Source: Verrucomicrobiia bacterium (GTDB lineage Bacteria; Verrucomicrobiota; Verrucomicrobiia; Limisphaerales; JADJPG01). From it: a stretch of DNA of 64,000 nt. Numbering within the stretch: the stretch's first letter is position 1; every line of letters starts with the position of its first letter. A model generated the notes under the pieces. That model saw nothing but the letters and a program-made list of their open reading frames with translations, ran no database searches and was not told where the DNA came from. The stretch covers positions 502-64,501 of the forward strand of contig DATLUX010000292.1 of NCBI GenBank assembly GCA_035577805.1, in the 5' to 3' direction. Below, piece by piece: positions 48,501-55,612 of this stretch. Position numbers and translations under genes: made by a program.

Positions 48501-50699
48501 TTACGCTACGCTGGCCAAGCCCGGGCTTGTGCCGGCGTGTTCTGGCACCTGCTGGGCGACGGCGAGACCAAAGCGCTGCTCACCGCCAGGCTCCGCGGCG
48601 GCGGCGCGTTGCAGCAATTGTTTCCCGTGGCCGCCTCCTCCATCGCCTGCCGCCAGGAATTGCGTGAAGCTCTGACCAAGTTTGTCCGCCTGTCCGGCTT
48701 GTTCCCGGAAGAATTGGTCGAGGACGCCGCCCGGTTTCTTTACGACCAAATTCGGCAGGGCAGTCCCTGGACTGCCAGCGCCGCGGCCGTGGAGTTGCGT
48801 GATGGGTTTAAGCGTCATCTCACGGCGCATCGGTTTACCGACCGCTTCCAATCCGCGTGCCACGCGGCGCAAAACGACGGTGCCGCGCTCTACGGCTTGC
48901 TGCGCGACTGGATGCGGGCTTACGCGCTCACCATCGCTCCCGTTCACTCGGCCACTGGCCCGGATTCGGACACGCTGCCGCGCGCGGACGAAGCGGCCTG
49001 GTTGCTTCTGCTGGATCCGCAATCGCCGCTGGAGATTGTGACGGCCCAAGCGCAGCGCGAACTCACCGGGTTGCGCGGCAGCCACCCGAAGATTCGTGAG
49101 GGCCGGCTTTGCCTGCAGTATGTCGATTTCATGCAACGTTTCCGGCTCCATCAAAGCCGTTGGGCCCCTGCCTTCGCCCGTTGTCGTGAGGTCAAGAAAC
49201 GTTTGATTGAAGACGGACGGGCCCGTCTGCGGCTGGACGAGTTCAAGCCACGCGTGCTCACCACCTTCGTGCGGAACCGGCTCATCGATTCCGTTTATCT
49301 GCCGTTGGTCGGCGACAATCTGGCCAAACAAATCGGCATCGCCGGCGAAACCAAACGGACGGATCGCATGGGCTTGCTCCTGCTCATCTCGCCGCCCGGC
49401 TACGGGAAGACCACCCTGATGGAATATCTGGCCAACCGGCTCGGGCTGGTCTTTGTGAAAATCAACGGGCCGGCGATCGGCTCCAAAGTGACTTCCCTCG
49501 ACCCAGCCGAAGCGTCCAACGCCGCGGCCCGAGAGGAGTTGACCAAACTCAACCTCGCCTTCGCCATGGGCGACAACGTGATGATCTGTCTGGATGACAT
49601 TCAGCATTTGCATGCAGAATTCCTACAGAAATTCATCCCCTTATGCGACAGCCAGCGCCGGATCGAAGGACTGCACCAAGGCCAGGCCCGCACCTACGAC
49701 CTGCGCGGACGCAAGGTCGTGATGGTGATGGCCGGCAATCCGTATACGGAAAGCGGCGACAAGTTTCAGTTGCCCGACATGCTGGCCAACCGCGCCGATA
49801 CCTACAACCTGGGCGACGTGCTGGGCGGCCACCTCGAGGCTTTTAAGCTGAGTTACCTCGAAAACGCCGCCACTTCCAATCCCACCCTCGCCCGGGTCGT
49901 CACGCGCAGTCCTCAGGATCTAATCGCCGTCGTGCGCTTGGCCGAGCGGGGTCCCGAGGGGGTTGATTTCGAAGGCACGTATTCGCCTGAGGAACTCGCC
50001 GAGTTCGTCGGCGTGATCCGCAAACTCATGCGCGTGCGCGACGTCGTCCTGCGCGTTAATGAGGAATACATCCGATCTGCTGCGCAGGCGGATGCGTATC
50101 GTTCCGAGCCCCGCTTTCAGCTCCAGGGTTCGTATCGCAACATGAACCGGCTGGCGGAAAAGATCTCGTCGGTCATGAACGATGCTGAGATCGAAGCTCT
50201 CCTCCATGATCATTATCGAAATGAAGCCCAAACCCTCGCTCAAGGGGCTGAGGCCAATCAGCTTAAGTTCAAAGAATTGTTGGGGACCTTGACCTCCACG
50301 GAAGCCGCTCGCTGGACGGAGATCAAAAAGATCTTTCGCAAAAACCTCCTCCTGCGCCCGGGGGAAGACCAGGACCCGGTCGGGCAAGTCGTGCAGAAGC
50401 TAGCCGCGTTCTATGACGGACTGGATTCCATCAAGGAAGTGCTGGCGGCGGGCCTGCGGCAGCTCGATCAAAAACGCCCGGAACCGCAACCCGGTTCCGT
50501 GGCCATTGTCATGCCCACGACGGCCGTTGCCTCCCCTGCGCCGACCCCCGCCCGCACCGAAACCCCGCCAGGTTCCAGCGGAATTGTCCGCGAGTTCAAG
50601 GTCACCCCTGAGACTTTGCAGAAAATATGGGAAGTCTTGCGGCAACAGCCCCTAGAGGCGGGCTCTGAACCAACCCCGCCACCCCCGGATTTGACATGA
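45528..50699 (+). CDS. Giant (1723 aa) uncharacterised protein with an AAA+ ATPase module (MoxR/AAA_5-like) at about residues 1280-1450
   Basis: Walker A is LLLLISPPGYGKTTLMEY. Walker B is VMICLDDIQH. The sensor-1-like motif is VMVMAGNPY, then RADTYNLGD. The N-terminus has an APAPAPAPAPPPA low-complexity run. There are about 1250 aa of uncharacterised, partly coiled-coil sequence before the ATPase, and about 270 aa after it. The antisense ORFs 45381..46562, 46563..47315, 47442..48104 and 48501..49613 were rejected. Confidence 0.85.
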   Translation: MSAVLDAPAPAPAPAPPPALDQGTYEILRARLAAHSRELQARLEKLNRARQEVFGAIETALVATERITTGNNCIPRDMIPVGQNRFLFGYNVHLGLRSEVQLADVFAVYQHEAHRFVELPLDLIADRQFEVDFKNLYRYYKHAVFSKFSLNGPHLFMEFRVGKAVTDIKTFKWLCTEQGPKYLGNRFDHEYTYPPCHEFDWTRTHRELHRHGLHPHISIRDRVFVECIGGDLTIKVEDNTDTGEGIYAEPVEQRDQTLDDAEIFYATVGSLILLKVRPYQEKDFRYLVFNEKIKQVRRIDAIADACVLLPDGQGIVFPRGYYLQNGEFKLFELPLTDMVFNKRVHSPDGENVLFVFYNRDRGDYVLLSYNLISRVIQTPILCGGFSLFDNGEMAVFRHEPEPQRHHVIQVWQTPYVSSSWQAPVRSDSFLYKVGNPALVRCLAECQEVIALAAKDDTFAGLYHDLIKRSGDVLDSYFWLDRPDAFQLHAPLAEIRATAVAALAEFDKVIHLRRTAATQVQRLAGKTAAALRALATERFDAIGRFTERLAELRVLRGELIALKDLRYADLSVVNKCEAEVAAEADRLAQRTAQFLLQAQALAPFSQRLAELQQRIPRTGKVTEARALEDELRGVGKELDLLIETVTALKIQDATETTRIVEAVSGLYAVLNQARAALKQRLLELRGAEAVAEFASQSRLLEQGLASLLDLCGTPEQCAESLNRLLVQVEELEARFADFDEFVVQLSEKRAAFSAAFEARKLELIEARHRKAGGLLAAAERILNAIRHRAEHLGSAQEIHGYFAGDPMVDKVRGTITQLIELGDSVKADDIQGRLKAVREEALRQLKDRQDLFAGGKEIIQLGRHQFRVNTQELDLTIVPREGRMCLHLAGTNFFEPVTDADFLATQDVWDLEVSSESPQLYRSEYLAGRMFGALEEAGRLEEAAHWTETERLDQLRAFTHTRFTEGYVKGVHDADAALILGALLELHRTLGLLRYAGQARACAGVFWHLLGDGETKALLTARLRGGGALQQLFPVAASSIACRQELREALTKFVRLSGLFPEELVEDAARFLYDQIRQGSPWTASAAAVELRDGFKRHLTAHRFTDRFQSACHAAQNDGAALYGLLRDWMRAYALTIAPVHSATGPDSDTLPRADEAAWLLLLDPQSPLEIVTAQAQRELTGLRGSHPKIREGRLCLQYVDFMQRFRLHQSRWAPAFARCREVKKRLIEDGRARLRLDEFKPRVLTTFVRNRLIDSVYLPLVGDNLAKQIGIAGETKRTDRMGLLLLISPPGYGKTTLMEYLANRLGLVFVKINGPAIGSKVTSLDPAEASNAAAREELTKLNLAFAMGDNVMICLDDIQHLHAEFLQKFIPLCDSQRRIEGLHQGQARTYDLRGRKVVMVMAGNPYTESGDKFQLPDMLANRADTYNLGDVLGGHLEAFKLSYLENAATSNPTLARVVTRSPQDLIAVVRLAERGPEGVDFEGTYSPEELAEFVGVIRKLMRVRDVVLRVNEEYIRSAAQADAYRSEPRFQLQGSYRNMNRLAEKISSVMNDAEIEALLHDHYRNEAQTLAQGAEANQLKFKELLGTLTSTEAARWTEIKKIFRKNLLLRPGEDQDPVGQVVQKLAAFYDGLDSIKEVLAAGLRQLDQKRPEPQPGSVAIVMPTTAVASPAPTPARTETPPGSSGIVREFKVTPETLQKIWEVLRQQPLEAGSEPTPPPPDLT

Positions 50700-50724
50700 T
50701 TAACTCGGCAGTAGAACAATTCGC

Positions 50725-51510
50725 TTGCGATTAGACCCGCGAAAGGCAAACACATTGGCTGCCCAATGCCAAGAGCCGATCGGCGCGTTCATGAACGGCA
50801 CACCGGAGTTTCTTACCACGCACTGGAGCATGGTGCTGACGGCGCGCAACCAAGGTTCCCCGCAAGCCGCGCAGGAAGCCCTCGCCAGACTCTGCCGCGT
50901 CTATTGGTATCCCATTTATGCGTTTGTCCGACGGCGCGGCTATGATCCACACGAAGCGCAGGACTTAACCCAGGATTTCTTTGTGCACGTCCTGGAAGAT
51001 GAAATCCTAAAGTCTGTGGATCCCGTAAAAGGCAAGTTCCGCTCATTTTTGCTGGTATCAGTCAGGAACTTCCTCGCCAAAGCCTGGAACCGGCAACAGG
51101 CGGCTAAGCGGGGAGGACAGTTCACTTTTGTGTCGTGGGATGCAGAGTCCGCTGAGAGTTGCTACCAGCAGGAGCCATCTCATGATTTGACTCCGGAAAA
51201 GATTTTCGAGCAGACGTGGGCGGCGGTGTTGCTCGACGAGGTGCGGAAGAAACTCAGCTTGGAATACGCAGCGGAAGGAAGGGGAGGGCTGTTTGAGGCC
51301 GTGGAAGGCTGCCTGGCGGGAGAGAAAGCCGGTCCTTATGCGAAAATGGGCGCACGGCTGGGGATGACGGAAGGAGCAATTAAAATGGCCGTTCTGCGCA
51401 TGCGCAAACGCTATCGCGAACTACTCCGAAGCGAAGTCGCGCATTCGGTCGGCCGTCTTGACGAGGTTGAGGAAGAGCTGCGCGATCTCCTGGCCTGTCT
51501 GAGCAGATAG
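50725..51510 (+). CDS. ECF-type RNA polymerase sigma factor (PVC-type)
   Basis: Region 2 is TTHWSMVLTARNQ...YWYPIYAFVRRRGYDPHEAQDLTQDFF. Region 4 is GMTEGAIKMAVLRMRKRYRELL. The start may be the internal MNGT at 50791. Confidence 0.85.
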   Translation: MRLDPRKANTLAAQCQEPIGAFMNGTPEFLTTHWSMVLTARNQGSPQAAQEALARLCRVYWYPIYAFVRRRGYDPHEAQDLTQDFFVHVLEDEILKSVDPVKGKFRSFLLVSVRNFLAKAWNRQQAAKRGGQFTFVSWDAESAESCYQQEPSHDLTPEKIFEQTWAAVLLDEVRKKLSLEYAAEGRGGLFEAVEGCLAGEKAGPYAKMGARLGMTEGAIKMAVLRMRKRYRELLRSEVAHSVGRLDEVEEELRDLLACLSR

Positions 51511-51548
51511 CTGCTGAAGGCAGATGAAGTCCAAGTTGACCGTTACCT

Positions 51549-53696
51549 TTGTCTCTTTTGCCGGTTGTATCCAGCAGAGCCAGTGGCAAGAACATGCCGC
51601 AAACTACCAAATGTAAGAATTGCGGCGCGGCCGTGCGGATGGATGCTCCCTTTGGGCATTGTTCGAAATGCCTGCTCGAACTGGGCTTTGGACCGTTCCC
51701 AGAAGAAGCAAGGTCGCCGGCAGCGGCTCCGCAGGACCAGGCTCGATCCTTCGGCGATTACGACATCATCGAGCGGATCGGCCGCGGCGGAATGGGAGTT
51801 GTTTTCAAGGCGCGGCAACGTCGTCCTAACCGGCTGGTGGCCTTGAAAATGGTTCTGGCTGGCGAATTGGCGTCGCCCACGCTCGTTCAACGGTTTCGAA
51901 TTGAGGCCGAGGCGGCCGCCAATTTGGACCATCCCAACATTGTCCCGATTTACGAGGTCGGTGAGTCGGCGCAGCGCCATTATTTCACCATGAAGCTGAT
52001 CGAAGGGATCAGCCTGGCCCAACTCATCTCAAAATTTGGCTTTCATGATGGAAAAGAACTCAGCACTGGACCGCCCGGCAGAAATGTTCAGAAAAGCATC
52101 GCCACCCTCATGGTGAAAGTGGCTCGTGCTGTCCATTACGCTCATCAGCGAGGGGTGCTTCATCGGGACATCAAGCCCAGCAATATTCTGGTGGACGTTC
52201 AGGGTGAACCCCACCTGACGGATTTTGGCGTGGCAAAAATGGTCGCGCACACGAGCGAGTTGACCCTCAGCGGGGCGGTCATTGGGACGCCAAGCTATAT
52301 GGCGCCCGAACAGGCCGCCGGAGACACCAAGCACCTGACCACGGCCGCCGACATTTACAGCCTGGGCGCGGTTCTTTACGAGTTGCTCACGGGGCGTCCG
52401 CCGTTTCGTGGGGAAACGCCGGTGGAGACCTTGCGAAAAGTCGTCGAACAGGAACCGGAGCGGCCACAAAGTCTGAACAAAATCGCCGACCCGGACCTGG
52501 CTACCATCTGTCTAAAATGCCTGGAGAAAGACCCGCGCCAACGGTATGGCTCCGCTGAGGCGCTGGCCGAAGACCTTGAACGCTGGTTACGCGATGAACC
52601 GATCTTGGCCCATCGCGCCAGCCGCGCCGTCCGCTTCAAGCGATGGGCGCGAAGAAATCCTCTGTTGACCGCGACTTCCGCAGGTCTGGTCATGCTCATG
52701 GGGGTCGCGCTGATTTTGATGGTGCTGATGTTCGCCGAACGGCGAAGAACGGAAGAGCTGTCCGCCGAATGGCGAAGAACGGAAGAGATGCGCCTGGATT
52801 GGAGAGAAAAGAAGGCCCTCGAAATGGACGACATGGCTGCCAATCCTGGCAAATATCCCTCGGTGAAAATTGACTCGCGAGAACGACATTTCATGACGGG
52901 CACCCTTGCGCCGAAGGTTATCCCGGGCCAGAAGCCCATTCGTCTTCTTTTCGGCGTTTACCCTCACCTCAAACCGACCGAGATGGTGGAGATGTTTGCC
53001 CCGACTTTGGACTATTTGGAGAGAAGCCTGGCCCAACGGCTGTCCAAGCCGGTGCTGATCGATTTCGTGGTCTTCAATTCCTACGCGGCCGGTGAGCTGG
53101 CTTTGGAGAAAGGCCAGGTTGATTTGATGCGGGTGGGGCCGGGTTCTTTCGTCCTCGCCCGCAGAAATAACCCAGGCATTCAATTGCTCGTGGCCCAAAG
53201 ACATAACGACTTTGGTGCGGTCATTTTTGTTTCCACCAACAGTGGAGTTCTGGCGATTGCTGAATTAAGGGGCCGGCCGATCGTCTTTGGAGACTCAAAC
53301 TCCACCGCTACCATCCTGGCAAAAGCGTTCCTGTTGGAGAGTGGACTTTCGAAAAAGGACTTCTCCAGCGTGACCCACCGCGCGGGTCACTCGTTGGTGG
53401 TTGACGCAGTCAAATCCAACCCCAACCATCCGGCGGGTGTGGCCAAGGAGACCGCCGTGGGAAAGGACATGCGAGTGCTTCACCGCTATCCAATCGTTGG
53501 CATGCCGTGGGTGGCCAGGAGTGACCTTGACCCTGAGATCGCAAAAGCGCTTAAGCAAATCCTGCTCACCCTCCAGGACGAGAGCATTCTGGACAAATTC
53601 AAAGACGGCGTCACCGGATTCAAAGAGGAATCTCTGGAAGCCTATCAGCCGATTGAGCCGGCCATTGAAAAGGCGATACTCTTTGGAGCGATGTAG
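51549..53696 (+). CDS. Ser/Thr protein kinase with an N-terminal zinc ribbon, one TM, and a periplasmic PhnD/SsuA-like solute-binding domain
   Basis: The zinc ribbon is CKNCGAAVRMDAPFGHCSKC. The kinase motifs are IGRGGMGVVFKA, HRDIKPSNIL, DFGVAK and APE. The TM is LLTATSAGLVMLMGVALILMVLMF. A duplicated ERRRTEELSAEWRRTEEM motif follows. The C-terminal region (LLFGVYPHLKP...VVFNSYAAGELALEKGQVDLMRVGP...) resembles a phosphonate/sulfonate-binding PBP fold. Confidence 0.85.
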   Translation: MSLLPVVSSRASGKNMPQTTKCKNCGAAVRMDAPFGHCSKCLLELGFGPFPEEARSPAAAPQDQARSFGDYDIIERIGRGGMGVVFKARQRRPNRLVALKMVLAGELASPTLVQRFRIEAEAAANLDHPNIVPIYEVGESAQRHYFTMKLIEGISLAQLISKFGFHDGKELSTGPPGRNVQKSIATLMVKVARAVHYAHQRGVLHRDIKPSNILVDVQGEPHLTDFGVAKMVAHTSELTLSGAVIGTPSYMAPEQAAGDTKHLTTAADIYSLGAVLYELLTGRPPFRGETPVETLRKVVEQEPERPQSLNKIADPDLATICLKCLEKDPRQRYGSAEALAEDLERWLRDEPILAHRASRAVRFKRWARRNPLLTATSAGLVMLMGVALILMVLMFAERRRTEELSAEWRRTEEMRLDWREKKALEMDDMAANPGKYPSVKIDSRERHFMTGTLAPKVIPGQKPIRLLFGVYPHLKPTEMVEMFAPTLDYLERSLAQRLSKPVLIDFVVFNSYAAGELALEKGQVDLMRVGPGSFVLARRNNPGIQLLVAQRHNDFGAVIFVSTNSGVLAIAELRGRPIVFGDSNSTATILAKAFLLESGLSKKDFSSVTHRAGHSLVVDAVKSNPNHPAGVAKETAVGKDMRVLHRYPIVGMPWVARSDLDPEIAKALKQILLTLQDESILDKFKDGVTGFKEESLEAYQPIEPAIEKAILFGAM

Positions 53697-54107
53697 GGAT
53701 TACAGAAGGAGCATGTTTTTCTGACCCGCATCCAGCTTGCGTCCCTGAGCGGTGGCTCCCGCCACCACAAGCAGCGGTAAAGAATTGCCAACCCGACCGT
53801 GCAGTATTTTTCGGTCACTTCCTTGTCCAGTCGCTGCGCAGCGCATCCGTTGCGCCACGAGTTCACGCCGTGTCGCGTCCGCGCCCAGGCCCTTCCGCCC
53901 GTTGGCACTTCACCCAGAATAGCTGTGACCTTTGCGGCCAGTTCAGTTTGTACCCAGTAGCGGTAAAAAAGCCTCGTTGTGTTTGGCAGGGAGCGCTGAG
54001 AAGGCGCTGAGCGCGCCAACGACTCTTTGCCGCCGAGTGGCACCACGTTGGCCGCACCAGCAGAAAACGAGGTAACTCAACATCAGCAATCAACATTAAC
54101 AATCACC

Positions 54108-54953
54108 AAAATGAAAAAATCCCCAAATAACATCCCTACCAGTTGTATACGCGTGATCAACGTCTCGAAGGTGTTGGCTGGAATGCTGGGAGCAGTCTTT
54201 CTGTTCATCGCAATATCGGGCTGGTCGGACGCGCCCCAGTCCCAATCCCCGCAGACGACCATCATCTACTTCCTGCGCCACGCGGAGGACTCGATGGAGC
54301 TGGTGGGATTGGATCCCAGCTACACGGTCACACTCAACAACTGCAACGCGGACCGATCGTGTTGCGAGCAGGTTCTCACTCCGCTTGGCCGGGAACGAGC
54401 TGCCCGATTGGCCGATTGGTTCAAGGACCGACGCATCACCGACACCCTGACCCACGTCATCGCCAGCCACAAGATCCGCACCCGCCAGACAGTCGAGAAG
54501 ATCGCATTTCTGGCAGGCTTGGGCGGTGATCTCGATGGTGACGGTGACCTCGACGGCACCGACATTGACCAAGCGCCTGGCGACGGCGTGATCAACGTCC
54601 CATCTACCCCGCTGGAGTGCGATCCGGGGTTCACGTCGTCATCCTCGGCCACGCAGCCGCAGATCAATTACCTCAAGACCCTCCCCCTGGGCAGCCGGGC
54701 GGTCGTCTGTTCGCACAGCATCCTGTATTCCATAATGCAGGCCTTTGGCATCGACACGAGCGATCCCGTCAAGTTCCCTAAAGACAGCAGGGGAAGGGTG
54801 AGTGGATTCAACAACCTGTGGATTGTCCGGTTCGACTTGGTGGATGGCGTGTATCAGGGCCGGCTTCTCGAACACGTTTTTCTCAACTTGAACATCGAGA
54901 CGTCCGGCATCAACCGCGAGTTCGGCAGAGGGGATGAAAACGACGAGGAGTAG
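54108..54953 (+). CDS. Histidine-phosphatase-superfamily (phosphoglycerate-mutase-like) secreted protein in a lower-GC segment
   Basis: The track ORF begins at 54027. A signal-peptide start at MKKSPNN (54108) is more plausible. IIYFLRHAE is the RHG-type catalytic motif. VVCSHS contributes the second His. There is a [14 protein letters not shown] Ca-binding-like insert. The local GC is visibly lower than the surroundings. Confidence 0.65.
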   Translation, partial: KMKKSPNNIPTSCIRVINVSKVLAGMLGAVFLFIAISGWSDAPQSQSPQTTIIYFLRHAEDSMELVGLDPSYTVTLNNCNADRSCCEQVLTPLGRERAARLADWFKDRRITDTLTHVIASHKIRTRQTVEKIAFLAGLGGDLDGDGDLDGTDIDQAPGDGVINVPSTPLECDPGFTSSSSATQPQINYLKTLPLGSRAVVCSHSILYSIMQAFGIDTSDPVKFPKDSRGRVSGFNNLWIVRFDLVDGVYQGRLLEHVFLNLNIETSGINREFGRGDENDEE

Positions 54954-55460
54954 TGATCCTCGGCGTTTGGCCAGTACCGCCGAAGACCCTGTGAATCCTC
55001 CCTTTTCCTGGGTGCGTTGCCTGGCCGTCCAAACGGACGGGAAGATTCTGGTGGGGGGCTGGTTCACCACGCTGGGCGGTCAGAGCCGCACTAATATTGG
55101 CCGCCTCAATGCCGACGGCACGCTGGACACCAGCTTCAATCCGGGGGCGGGAACAGGTCCAAACTCGTTCGTGTCGGCTATGTAGCGGGCAATTCGGGGG
55201 GTTCCGGCTGGTTTGTCGAATCGCTATTGCGCCCGCCACTCACCATTTCCGATCTCCTCTCCTCCGCCACCAATGGCCAGTTCGGATTCAGAGCAACGGG
55301 TCCAGCTGGCCAAGTGCTGGTGATTGAGGCCTCGTCGGACCTGAGGACCTGGACCCCGCTATCGACCAACACGCTGATGGGTGCTGCCCCGCTTTCCTTC
55401 CGCGATCCCCAGGCGCCCCTCTTTCCCACGCGGTTTTATCGTCTCCGATCGGGGCCGTAG
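54934..55460 (+). pseudogene. Remnant fragments of a delta-60-repeat / beta-propeller secreted protein with a verrucomicrobial-type C-terminal domain
   Basis: Two short ORFs in different frames carry [39 protein letters not shown] (delta-60 repeat) and LVIEASSDLRTWTPLSTNTL...FPTRFYRLR (a C-terminal sorting-like beta-sandwich). They lack the N-terminal bulk expected of such proteins. Confidence 0.5.
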
Positions 55461-55476
55461 CAGTAGGCCAAAACCT

Positions 55477-55504
55477 CCGAATGCCGAATGCCGAATGCCG
55501 AATG
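55477..55504. repeat. Heptanucleotide tandem repeat (CCGAATG)x4
   Basis: This was read directly downstream of the pseudogene fragments. Confidence 0.8.
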
Positions 55505-55612
55505 AGCACTCGGAGCACAGGGATTTCCCGGGGCCCAAAGCCGTGATGGCATCCAGATGAAAGTGGACGTTAACGAGTTCAAGACCCATGCTAATCCGGC
55601 TCGGCGATTCGA

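Noticed and set aside
45381-49613. Series of minus-strand ORFs (45381..46562, 46563..47315, 47442..48104, 48501..49613)
   Set aside because: All lie antisense within the 1723-aa giant ORF. None has recognisable motifs, whereas the sense frame carries a continuous AAA+-containing protein.
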